Positions 51,660 to 63,296 of a stretch of DNA of 64,000 nucleotides are shown here, piece by piece. A model generated the notes under the pieces. That model searched no databases. It saw nothing but the letters and a program-made list of their open reading frames with translations, and had not been told where the DNA came from. Source of the DNA: Squalus acanthias (Eukaryota); contig JASTWF010000056.1 in assembly GCA_030390025.1 (NCBI GenBank), positions 434,001 to 498,000 on the forward strand, in the 5' to 3' direction. A program made the translations under genes and the position numbers. Position 1 is the first letter of the stretch; each line of letters opens with the position of its first letter.

Positions 51660-51667
51660 GGGGGGAG
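51660..51667 (+). promoter_or_regulatory. Polypurine tract
   Basis: ggggggag just upstream of the 3' LTR. Confidence 0.8.
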
Positions 51668-51670
51668 CTG

Positions 51671-51900
51671 TGTGGCGGATCGCCATCTAAACGGGCACAA
51701 TCCACTTTTCCGTCCGTGGACAATATATCGGGCACCTTGCCTTTAAGGCAGGAGAAAAGGAGTGGGCGGGGCCTCAGGATTTTTCCAGAGAATTCTGTGA
51801 GCAGTTGTTTTCAGCCATTTTGACCAGGCAGTTGTATTAAAAAGCTTTATGTCCCACACATGGACTCGGCCTTAATTCGTGTTTCGCGGCAGCCTCAACA
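51671..51900 (+). repeat. 3' LTR (230 bp)
   Basis: Six substitutions relative to the 5' LTR by my manual alignment, and no 16-bp duplication. Confidence 0.95.
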
Positions 51901-52212
51901 CCACAACTGATGCTGCTGTTCGTGCCGTATGCTCAATGGCACACTGCATTGCAGGCAACTACTACTGCATAATATCACTAGTGTGGGAGTTGGCACTGCA
52001 CATCCAGGTATTAGGCTCATCCAACTTGCACTATCATGTGCCAGAGGTAAGTGACAGCTCAATATGGTCATAACACTCATGCTTGCAGATTCCATTTCAC
52101 ACTGGCCCAACTAATGTTTGTATCTACGTATGACTCAGTATGCTGGACCTCCACCTTGCACTAGTTGGTGCCTGATCAACTACAACCACTGCTAACATCC
52201 TAACAACCCTAA

Positions 52213-52976
52213 CATCTGTCTGAGGCTGAACCACACTGTTCGCAACCTTGGTGTCATATTTGACCCTGAAATGAGCTTCCGACCACATATCCGCAGCATA
52301 ACAAAGACCGCCTACTTCAACCTCTGTAACATCGCCCGTCTCCGCCCCTGCCTCAGCCCATCCGCTGCTGAAACCCTCATCCATGACTTTGTTACCTCTA
52401 AACTTGATTATTCCAACACACTCCTGGCTGGCCTCCCACATTCCACCCTACGTAAACTTGAGGTCATCCAAAACTCGGCTGCCCATGTCCTAACTTGCAC
52501 CAAGTCCCATTCGCCCATCACCCCGTGCTCGCTGACCTACACTGGCTCCCGGTTAAGCAGCGCCTCAATTTCAAAATTCTCATCCTTGTTTTCAAATCCC
52601 TCCATGGCCTCGTCCCTTCCTATCTCTGTAATCTCCTTTAGCCCCACAACCCCCCGAGATATCTGCGCTCCTCTAATTCTGCCTTCTTGAGGATCCCTGA
52701 TTATAACCTTTGGTGGCCGTGCCTTCTGTTGCCTAGGCCCTAAGCTCTGGAATTCCCTGTCTAAACCTCTCCGCCTCACTACCTCTCTGTCCTCCTTTAA
52801 GACGCTCCTTAAAACCTACCTCTTTGACCAAGCTTTTGTTCACCTGCGCCTAATTTATTCTTATGTGGATCGGTGTCAAAAAACATTTTTTGTCTTAAAA
52901 TACTCCTGTGCAGTGCTTTGGGACATTTTACTACGTTAAAGGCGCTATATAAATACAATTTGTTGTTGTTGTTGTT
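52213..52976 (+). mobile_element. L2 LINE 3' fragment
   Basis: RNLGVIFDPEMSFRPHIRSITKTAYF...FVTSKLDYSN and tail ggcgctatataaatacaatttg(ttg)n. Confidence 0.92.
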
Positions 52977-54120
52977 ACCCTTCCATGCCAATTATTCAAT
53001 GTTTTACCCTGTATTACAATTATATTGAATTATGTAGAAATTACAGCACAAAAGAAGCCGTTCAGCCCAACCAGTCAGTGTTGCTGTAAATACAAGTTCT
53101 TTCTTTTTCTTTCTTGGATGAAGAGACACACTTTCTGATGTTCATACCAGTTAAGTGGCTCATTGGCTTCTTGAGCACTATCAAGGATCACTAATGTGAT
53201 GTGTGCTGTTATTGGCTGCTGAAATTTTTCATGAATTGCACGTTTCAAAAACATAAGTTCCTGCAATTTTGTTAGCAGTTGATTTAAAATATAAGCATTT
53301 TATCCATCTTAAGGAAAATGGGAATTTCAGTCTCAAGGTGTTTCTGCCTGTGCGAGCTACAATGATTGATACCCATTCTGAATTTCACCAGACATTACAT
53401 CAAGTGTATTGAAGCATATTTCAAATTCCTGAAGCTATGGGCATAAACTGGTCTAGAATTATGAATAATATATCATATGATTGAAGAAGGCAGCTGCGGA
53501 AAAAGAGAGAAAAGGAAGCAACAATGGCTATTATTTTAATATTTAGGCATATTTGAATGCCATGATTGATTAGTTCTAACATTTGTAAGAATTAAACATT
53601 GCTTGCTATAAGTACTAAACATCTGGGTTTATTATTTGAAATGGATCCTTTTTGATTAACCCTTTTTTCTATTGTTCCACTTTATCTATTAATCAAAAAG
53701 TAATAAAAGGAGGCAGAATGGTGAGCACAAATGTTTAAACTAGCCATAAATCCATTAAAATGAACTTAGTGAAACCCATGTGTATAATTTCTGTTCCTTA
53801 GATTGTTTGCTAGCCCCCTCAAGAAAACAGATTAGATTTAGTGAAGCTCAGCAATAGAGACCAACTTGTGACACAACAACTCAGTGCAACAATTCTTTAA
53901 TCCTACTAATTATCAATCCTGTTGCGAGTGAGTTAAGATACTTGAATCTCACAGTTGGCCAACATCCTACTCCATTGGTGTTTATCAAGTTAAAGGCACT
54001 GTTCATAATTATGTTCATAAATCTCACCTTGAACTGAAATTAGTACAAAAAGCACCTCTCAAGGACACACCAAACAGTAGTGTGGTCTTCACATAATATG
54101 ATAAAGATGGCACAGACAAA

Positions 54121-55454
54121 GGGGTAAAAATTCATCTGGGCCCGTTTTTGTGCCTCGGGCCTCATTAACATTTTATGCGGGAGTTGTTGGGACCTGTAGT
54201 GCCTCCATAGGCAGCTCATGTATTTGTTGACACTGATGTTGGGCTGAAAGACTCGCTGGTAGCAGTCCGACAGTAAGTCATGGGAGGAGGGTAGGAACAG
54301 GCGACGGGATGGTGGTTGGGGGGGGGGGGGCGGGGGGCACGATCGCGACGACTGTGGAGTTGGGTGAGCACTCCTGTTCCGCCTGGCTCCACAAGAAGAT
54401 TTTTTTAAATTAAATGACCTTCCTCAGATACTTTAGGCACTAAAGAGCCCCCGAGGTGGCCAAGATGGAGTCTAAAGCTGCAATGCCGGTTTAGCCCGCA
54501 TTTAGCGCAAGGCACCATCTTGGTAAAGGAGTTGAAGCCTATGCTAGGAACGGCCGCCCGTAGGCTCATTAAGGGGCTGATTCCCACTTAAAATGCCTGC
54601 TAGCGCTTAGTAAAGAGGCTGCACAGCATTTTTGGAGGCTAGCACTTGTCCTAACACCCTCTCCTAGCAGCGATCAGTTGTTTGAGAGTAAACATTGCAT
54701 TGATGTGGATTTCAAGCGTTACTTTAAAGGATACTCACCATTTCATGTTCACTTGCTGCTGGAGCTGTGAAGAGGACCTCTGAAATACATCAGGAGACTT
54801 TCTGGAACACTTTGTCAAGACCTTACCAACACTCTACCAAAATTTATTCTACAAATTCTCTGAGGACTTCACGTGAAACGAGTAAGTGCTGTGCTACTCC
54901 ACCTTATAGGAGTCATAAGGAGAAAGGGAGTGCTTGGTCATGGGGATCTTGCAAGGGTCCCCGTTGATCTGAACGAGGAATGGGAGGAGGAGATGAGGCC
55001 AAGCAGAGCAGCACCAGCTGCTGTAGGAGAGAGGGACAGGCGGGCAAGGAGGGCGAGGTGGCATCTTTCCCCCTGCGGGTACAGGACATCTTTCCTCCTT
55101 TGGATCTCCTCCACCAGGACCTCCAGTGCCGTGTCCGAGAACCTGTGCGCCCTTTCCCTCAGTCCAGAGCCATCCTGCAACGTGCTGCTGTTTGCCAGCT
55201 AAAGCACTCCACACCTTTAGTGGAAGTGGGTGTGAGGACTCCACGTACACTGCTCCACAAAAATTGCGTCTAATCAGCACTTGAGTGCTAAACCTGCAGG
55301 TTTCTGGTTTAGCACCTCCAGGCAAGTTCAAATTATGGTAATCAGCAATTAGGACTAAAATTGTGTGCTAAATCCAGACTTTCAAACAGGTGTGTCTTGT
55401 TAGCACTGCACCCATTTAGCACCTGCTTTCAGCCTTTGGCCAAAATAATCCCTC
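54121..55454. mobile_element. Harbinger deletion derivative (nuclease-side 5' remnant fused to Myb 5' remnant)
   Basis: TIR-like ends ggggtaaaaatt / aataatccctc. Minus-strand RAHRFSDTALEVLVEEIQRRKDVLYP at about 55070-55160. Confidence 0.7.
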
Positions 55455-55892
55455 TTACCTTTAGTTGGCGACAGCCACTTAGGCTACAGCAGCTGTTAAA
55501 GATTCTGCTCATCTCTGTGAGGAGATTTCAAACAAATGTCAGGCTCCTCAATGACATATGTAAGGAATCTAATGCCTGTTTAAGGGACACTGGAAAAATG
55601 GCCAGACCCAATTTCAGGTTGGACGTCTTTCAGGCATTCTTGAGAACAGGACATTGGTCCCTGAAATTGGGCCTTGTTGCCCCCGTTTTATGCCCATAAA
55701 TTGGGGGCAATGCCACACTCACCTTCATCCTGATTTCCCTGTCACCACATCCCCATCACTCTGCCTACCCAAGCCTACTCCTGCACATCCTCACACCAAC
55801 ATACCTCCCAGGTCCACCCATCTCTTTCTCTCTATGTACATATTCACATCCCTATCTGACTAACCACCCCTTACACTCACCCTCATCCTAAT

Positions 55893-56646
55893 GGCCCAGA
55901 TATTCCGATCCCTACGGGTGTGTACGCGCTGTGTACCCACCCGAAGGGACATTGGAAATGCCGGTTTCAGGCATGCACAGCGTATGCGCTGAAAACTGGC
56001 ATTTCCGATCTGTCAAGAAACTCTTGACAAATCCTCCGGCTGCCCTGGAGAAGGGCCTCTGCGGGCGGATAGTTCCACTTTTTGGAGACTCTCCGCCCGC
56101 AGAAAACCCTTACAATTCTTACACCTGGTAAAAGCAGGCGTAAGGCCTGCTTTTATCAGGATAAGAGTTTGAAAAAAGTAAAAAAAAAAAATTTCACTGA
56201 TTTACCATTTAAAAATACTTTAAAAAAAGGTATGTTTATTTTTAGCCCCGTAAAAAACTTATTATTTTTTTCAAAAAATTACATGTTTGTTTAAAATGTT
56301 TAATTTGTTGTAATTTCAAGTCATTTTAAAAATGTGATTTTTAAAAAAAATTATTTAAAGTTTTACTATGTTTTTGGGATGATCTCCATTCATATATTTG
56401 ACAGGTCTTCCTGTCAAGTGTATGAAGGGAGATTCCCTTCTTTGATTGGCTCCCCATGGCCCACGTGATCCCAGGGACGCTGCGATCTACATGCGCCTCT
56501 GGGATATGTGGACCCTGCGCACTTGGAGTTTGGAGAGGTCCAGGATCGGAAGTGTGCGCATCCCGGGAGCCCTCAGGTAAGGGCGTAGATTTTTCCAGAT
56601 CGCAGGCCTCCGCACGCGGGAGGCCTGTGATCGGAAAATAAGGGCT
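55893..56646. mobile_element. Harbinger-type MITE nested in a Myb-gene intron
   Basis: TIR ggcccagatattccgatc / gatcggaaaataagggct. Collinear with 24912-25674. Confidence 0.8.
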
Positions 56647-56797
56647 ATTGTAATCATAGCAAGGAACACCACAGAAGGAGGCCATTTGGCAATGTCACCC
56701 AACTCCCTCATAGTCACCCTCTACAGATGTAGCCCATCCATTCCTTACACTCATTCCATCACTCTCACTCAATGTTCTCTTCTTTCCCTCCTTGCAG

Positions 56798-58120
56798 GAG
56801 AAAAGAGCCCAGAACAATAGGGACAGACAGAGAACCGGTGGTGGCCCTCCAATATTTGCTCAATTGACTCCAGCAGAGGAGGGGGCCCTGGAGATATGCG
56901 AGTTGCAGAGCTGCTGGCGGTGGGAGACGGAGAGAGCGGGACATCCCAGCAACCTGATGACAGAATTATATCTCATGGCATACAGCAGTCATTTATATGG
57001 TGACTGATGTCAGCAGCCAGTGAATTTTCATCATGTGCATAATGGTAACATAACACATTCTTAAATATAACACTTCTAATTCATCTCTTTACTCTCCCAC
57101 AGGTCCATCAAGTGCCCCCCTCCCCCCCCACTGTCCAGCCGGAGGAGGAAGACGACTCCTCAGAGGAAGCTCCAGCCTAGAGGGTGCAGCGTCAGCAGAC
57201 CCAAGCACACCCAGCACCAGCGCAGATACGCACACCTCGGTGGGTCCTGTGAGAGAGAGAGAGTAGTGTTGTCACCTGGTGCATCTCACAATGCACAAGT
57301 GAGCAAGAGCAGGTGGTGTTGACAGGGACAGCAGTGGAGACTCCTCGCCTTGAGGGCGCAGGACGCTCCAAGCTCTGCTGAGCTCCATGCAGATGTTGAG
57401 CCTCAGGGGCCATCGAGAAAATGTGTGATCTTGTGGAGCAGCAACAATTGCATGAGGCTCTGGTATCTTTTGCAGCCACAATGTCTGCAAATGTACAGAG
57501 AATGGAGGAGTCCATCTCCAACATGGGCACCACCGTGTCGCAGGTGATGGCAATGATGTGCTGTTCCATGGAAAGGATGGCCACCTGCATGGAGCAGCCA
57601 ATGCGCCAGTCACATGAGCATATGCTTGCTGTAGACAACAGATGGCAGAGGCTCATAGACCTCCTCTCTAGAAGGGATGTAAACATTGACTTGGGCATTC
57701 ATCGCCCCATTGATGTGCAGCAAGGTGCTCTCCAGCTCCTTGCTAGCAGGGAAGTGCGGGTGGCCCATGAGAGGGATGATGGAGAATGGGAACATGGAAG
57801 TGGGGGCTCTTCTCAAAGCACTCCCACTTCTCCCCCATTACCTCCCCCTCAGTCAGAGCCCCACATGCTTCCTCAGATCCCAATGGCTGAGTTTGCCCCT
57901 GCACGGTTGCAGGAGGAGCAGTCTTTGGCGGGGCCCTCACAGGCTCCAAAACACAGAGGACGTCCGCTAAAAGTGTCAAAGCAGTTGCAGCAGGGAAGTG
58001 AGCAGCCTGCCTCTACCTCTGCTGAAGCCACAGAGGTTGCACCTCGTAGAAACACTCAAATGAAAAAAGACACAATCCTAGATGCAGGAGGGTATGCACG
58101 TGTGTATGAAAAAATGTTAG
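56798..58120 (+). pseudogene. Downstream exons of a Harbinger Myb/SANT-like accessory protein
   Basis: Acceptor ttccctccttgcag followed by EKRAQNNRDRQRTGGGPPIFAQLTPAEEGALEI. Second acceptor ctcccacag ending at 57102, then a coiled-coil and low-complexity C-terminus with stops. Confidence 0.65.
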
Positions 58121-58384
58121 TGTTAAAGTTCTGTTATTTTAATGACACAGATAAATGTATTTATTTTCACCACTTTCCAGTCATGCCCATTTTTGCCTGC
58201 TACCTTGGAAGTAGCTTTGTTACTTGGAGTGAATGGTGAGACATTACGTAACCTCGAGCATTGGGGCTTTGGGTGAGAGGAATGGCTTGGTCATTGTAGG
58301 GATGCTTTATGGTGTTGTTGGCGGGTGTGGGGGGGCAAGCTTAGTACAGCATGTGGCAGCCATATTGGTGCATTGGAGCAAGTT

Positions 58385-59106
58385 AAGTAAATCTTGCCAA
58401 GATGAGGCCATCCCTGGCCTCAGAGGCAGCAATGTGCGCCACTGCTGGTGCCATCTCCACCTAAGGTTCCTCCTCCTCGTCTTCCAGCTGTTGCTCCTCC
58501 TCCTCCTCTGAAGAGACTGTGCTGTGTGCCTTTGTCCTCCTGCAGCTCCAATCCTCGCTGCTGCTCTATGTTGTGCAGCACGCAGCATACAGCAATCATT
58601 CTGGAGACCCTGGCTGGTGTGTACTGAAGCGCTCCTCCAGATCTGTCAAGGCATCTGAATCGCATCTTGAGCATGCCGATTGCTTGCTCTGTGACACATC
58701 TGGTGAACATGTGGCTTTCATTATAAAGCTGCTCGGCCTCATTGCTCGGCCTCCTCAAGGGTGTCATGAGCCACGTCTTCAGTGAATAGCCCTTGTCTCC
58801 AAGCAGCCAGCCGGTAAGTCTGTTTGGAGGTGCGAAGAGCTGAGGGAGGGTGGACTGGCGCAATACAAAAGAGTCATGACAGCTGCCAGGGAATCTGGCG
58901 CACACATGCATGATGATCTTTTTATGGTTGCAGACGAGCTGCACATTGAGGGAATGGAAGACCTTGCGGTTCACAAACACTCCTGGGTGATGTGGGGTTG
59001 CCTTGATGGCCACATGTGTGCAGTCGATGATGCCCTGCACCTGTGGGAAGCCAGCCAGAGCCGCAAAGCCGAGCGCCCACTCGCACATTGGCCACTGAGC
59101 ATTCAC
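58385..59106 (-). pseudogene. HARBI1-like Harbinger transposase, catalytic half (N-terminus deleted)
   Basis: [53 protein letters not shown] and [33 protein letters not shown]. The D-D-E triad is present. Confidence 0.92.
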
Positions 59107-59912
59107 CTCCTCTTTACAGGCAAGGTTCCTGAGGTGTGTGATACCTGTGCTCCTGCAGTTAAAGTCAAAAGCTGCTGTTAAAAACCCTTTTAAGGGTCTC
59201 TCAACAAGCAGTTAATTACTTGAATGAGGTCACCCACCTCTCCCGAACGGGTCCATGTTAAATGCACAAGGCGGCGGGATGACGGCGGGTTCCCGACGCG
59301 CTGGCAATTTCAGGGACTTTTACTGCTGACCTGCCCCCAAACCCACATGCTCAGCAACGGGAAAATTCCGGCCTTTGTCTCGATGCACCTGTGTACCTTT
59401 TTGGACAGTTGGATTCCTCCTATATCCCCAACCGTGTGTCATTCATGGCCTTGTGGCCTGATCCTTGTGCCCCCCTGCCCCCCTGCCCCCCTGCTCTAAT
59501 GAGCTGATCTCAGGTTGTGCAAAGAAAGCTTAGGAAGCTGTAACTCAAATACTAACTCCTTCACATTTGCTGATTCAACAAGGATTGGGATGAGGCTTGG
59601 CACAAAAATAAGGAGATGAAAATTTTCTTTTAGTATTGTACATGAACCTAAACAATGAAGTAAATTTAGTGGACTGAGTGCCGTTTCATTACTAGATATT
59701 GTGCTGTATATAGATAGAAATTATATAGAGATGTAGACACCTTTAAATACAAGTTGTTCTGCATTGTAAAAAATTAATAATTTTTGAATAATTTTGAACC
59801 ATCCAAATTCAGACTAACATTTCAGATTTAATCCTTCACACTTTGTTGAGTCAGGAAATGTATTTTTTTGAATGCATTTTCTCTCTGAATGCACTACATT
59901 ATGTTACATTTT

Positions 59913-60790
59913 GGCCGTGAAATTCGGAGGTGTAGGTGTTGGCCGTTAAGGCCAGTTTAGTTGAAAAAATGGCGGCTGCCTCACTTCCTGCTGCTTCCGG
60001 TGTGGAACACGGCAGCCGCCATTTTGCAGAGGTGTTTAGCGCTGCTGTCGCCTACACTCACCTCACATGTAAATATGCAGATCGAGACGTCAATCGGCGT
60101 GCAACGCCTGAATTGATGCAGGAGTTTGATTTTGGACCTTACCGCTCTCCATACCATCCCCTCCAAACCATGCATGGAAGAACGTGCATGCAGCAGTTCT
60201 ACAGAGACACCGCCAGCACTTCATAAAGGGACACACACATCTTTCAGGTAAGTTTCAATTTCAGCTTTTGGACTTTTTTTTAACATTTTATTGGAGTAGT
60301 AGCTTGGTGCAATACATTAAAAAGTTTTTAAAGTGTGCAGGGAGTGCTGCTGGACGCTTGCAAGGGCTCGGATGGTAAAGGAAGGCCTCTGAGAACACCA
60401 TTTGCTCACAGTGCTGGGGGCTCTAGTTGCAGTCCCCCTTGGGCTGCAACATCACATGGAGATGAAGCAGAGGCAGAAAAGGGGATAAGCTGCTCGCAGA
60501 GGGAAGAGGAGAAAGCAGAAGAGGAGGAAGCAGAAGAGCAGGAAGCAGATGGAAGGATGCAACCCAGACAGCCCCTTTCTGGCCGGGATATCCGGGATGG
60601 AATCATCTGCCTGCGGTACCAGTGAATACAACCCTAACAGTGCGATAGTTGCTGGGCTGTGCACTAAAATAATTTAAATGAGCATCCAGCACCAAATTAA
60701 AATGCTACATGTGCTTTCTAAACAGCCGCGAGCAAATCTCGCCCCGCGGTGCCCCCACCTCCCCCCCCCCCACTATCGAATTTCCTGGCC
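59913..60790. mobile_element. Harbinger non-autonomous element (family of 22002-24117, opposite orientation)
   Basis: TIRs ggccgtgaaattcg / cgaatttcctggcc and TSD TTT. Confidence 0.8.
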
Positions 60791-61400
60791 TTTATTCCAT
60801 AAATAATAATGCTAATGTATTGAAATCACACTCTGATATTACTAACAAATTTATAATATTGCACAATGGGAAGTAGTTACTTCTTGAGTTACAGGTGTCT
60901 TAACTTATAATTATATCACCGCGTTCTCTTTCTTTGATTTAGCAGAAAGAACTTGACATCTACCTGAGGACTCCACACAAAATTGTTTGGCAAACCTTTC
61001 GCTTCATTTAATTTGATCATAAATGCACAATGTAGTAACATACTCTACTTTGAAATGCAGGGAGTCAACGCTTCTTCAACATCATGAGACAATTTGTGCC
61101 ACTTGTGTGAGGTACCATTGTGCTGAAATTGATACATGGCTCGTCTTGCATCCTCCCTTCTCAAATAAATAAATGTTTGCCAAACACTTTCATCAAGGTG
61201 GCCATACTTCCTCCTCCTTATATCAGTAGGTGCCAACCTGCAGAATGTTACTTACATGTCCACTCAGTCCCATCGTCAGAGGGTGGGCTTGGTTCAGTGG
61301 CTGTGCATGCAGTGGATTCTCCTGGAATATGCGTAAGTTACTTCCGTTGATTTAACCGAAAACATGGACAAGGAAGCCACTGATTGCCAAGTTTTAACAA

Positions 61401-62434
61401 TTAGAATCATAGAATGGTTACAGCACAGAAGGAGGCCATTCAGCCCGTTGAGCCCGTGCCGGCTCTCTGCAAGAGCACTTCAGCTAGTCCCACTCCCCCG
61501 CCCTTTCCCCATAGCCCTGCAAATTTTTTTCCTTCAGGTACTTATCCAATTACCTTTTGAAAGCCACGATTGAATCTGCCTCAGGCAGTGAATTCCAGAT
61601 CCTAACCGCTCTCTGCATAAAAAAGTTTTTCCTCATGTCGCCTTTGGTTCTTCTGCCAATCACCTTAAATCTGTGTCCTCTGGTTCTCGACCTTTCCGCC
61701 AATGGGAACAGTTTCTTTCTATCTACTCTGTCTGGACCCCTCGTGATTTTGAGCACCTCTATCAAATCTCCTTTCAACCTTCTCTGCTCGAAGGAGAACA
61801 ACCCCAGCTTCTCCAGTCTATCCACGTAACTGAAGTCCCTCATCCCTGGAACCATTCTTGTAAATATTTTCTGCACCCTTCCTAAATTGCAGTGCTCAGA
61901 ATTGGGCACAATACTCCAGCTGAGGCCAGACCAGTGTTTTATAAAGGTTCATCATAACTTCCTTGCTTTTGTACTCTATGCCTCTATTTATGAAGCTCAG
62001 GATCCTGTATGTTTTTTTAACTACTTTCTCAACCTGCCCTGTCACCTTCAATGATTTGTGCACATATACCCCCAGGACTCTCTGTTCATGTACCCGCTTT
62101 AGAATTGTACCCTTTAGTTCATATTTCCTCTCCTCATTCTTTCTACCAAAATGTATCACTTCGCACTTTTCTGCATTAAATTTCATCTGCTACGTGTCCG
62201 CCCATTCTACCAGCCTGTCTATGTCTTCTTGAAGTCTATCCCTATCCTCCTCACTGTTCACTATACTTCCAAGTTTTGTGTCATCTGCAAATTTTGAAAT
62301 TGTGCCCTGTACACCCATGTCCAAATCATTAATATATATCAAGAAAAGCAGTGGTCCCAGTACTGACCCCCTGGGGAACACCACTGTATACCTTCCTTCT
62401 GTCTGAAAAACAACCGTTCATCACTACTCTCTGT
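61401..62434 (-). mobile_element. CR1 (HER1-like) LINE, 3' part
   Basis: GSVLGPLLFLIYINDLD, ISKFADDTKL, MKFNAEKCEVIHFG, LVWPQLEYCAQF and RTRGHRFK. Tail attctatgattct. Confidence 0.93.
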
Positions 62435-63296
62435 TGTGAGATTATAAAATGAATCAATTATTATGATTATAAAATGTATCATGCTGTATGGGTATTCCAT
62501 TTTCTTGTTAAATCGCTCTTACTGCTAAGGAGACATGACTGTTGGTTACCAGCCGGTGCAAATTTAGAAAAAAATTTTTGTAGATGTGTTTAAGACTGTC
62601 CAAAGTGCAGCTATGTTTCTATAGAATTGGGCATAAGGTTAAATCAGGCTTGTGCAGAAATACATCTTGTTTTTGCAAAGCTAAGCTATTTGCTAAATGA
62701 ACAAATTTTGCCAAAGGATACCACAGCTATTTTCGGTGATTGGTTAAAGCCTATGTCTTGCGAAGTCTATGTCATACGCGGGTCGAGAAGGAACAGACAC
62801 AGACATTGGAGATGAAGGTGCCAGACAAGATATCCGAAGTGTCAATAAACAAACCTGCCATGGACAGACACGATTGGACTTTGTTAGTCCAATGATCAGA
62901 ACTTTGAAGGATAAAAGGCGACTGTTCGACTTGGGATGTACAGCTGTAGAGAGAAGGACGACGGTACCTGTAGAGACGGATTTATGCTAGCCAAATGCGC
63001 TTAAAGTCTCTCTGGTATGCTGGTATTGAGGAGCGGTCCATGCGGTCAAAAGCCTAACGCTCTTCTTTGCTCGTAAGACAACTGCTGTATCGGATTAAAG
63101 AAACAACAGAGACATCACACACTACGCTGTCCAGTAACTGAAATTTGGGTAATATCCTTCAGGACTGTAAATTAGTGTCACTTATTATTAGTCTGTGGTG
63201 GCTGTATTAACTTCTACTGTATTCCAATAAAATATCTACTCTGCCAATATGCAGTTACGTCTGAATCATTAAGTTTGAGGTGTAAAACCTCTTACA
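62435..63296 (+). mobile_element. Solo LTR (862 bp) inserted in the CR1
   Basis: TG...CA termini with short inverted ends tgtgagatt / aacctcttaca. 4-bp TSD CTGT (62431-34 and 63297-300). AATAAA at about 63226. The CR1 resumes on both sides. Confidence 0.8.

Larger units (their letters stand above)
47554..51900 (+). mobile_element. Ty3/Gypsy LTR retrotransposon, structurally complete, coding-inactivated
   Basis: TG...CA LTRs, 4-bp TSD CCAC (47550-53 and 51901-04), PBS and PPT, domain order gag-PR-RT-RH-IN, no env. Confidence 0.97.
55656..59373. mobile_element. Large Harbinger element with spliced Myb/SANT-gene 3' exons (+) and nuclease (-); left boundary uncertain
   Basis: Intron-like 55715-55890 is homologous to 6290-6440. 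Right end gggaaaattccggcc. The two genes are convergent. Confidence 0.75.

Noticed and set aside
48048-51686. Many long alternative-frame and antisense ORFs in the Gypsy element
   Set aside because: Expected from stop-codon scarcity in GC-rich coding DNA. They have no recognisable domains, and there is no env.
58385-59106. Possible host HARBI1 gene
   Set aside because: It is N-terminally deleted, frameshifted at the C-terminus, next to a TIR and one of several copies, so it is a transposon relic.
61045-61350. Possible host exons (short ORFs with gtaag donors on both strands)
   Set aside because: No frame gives a recognisable protein, and the signals are compatible with chance.
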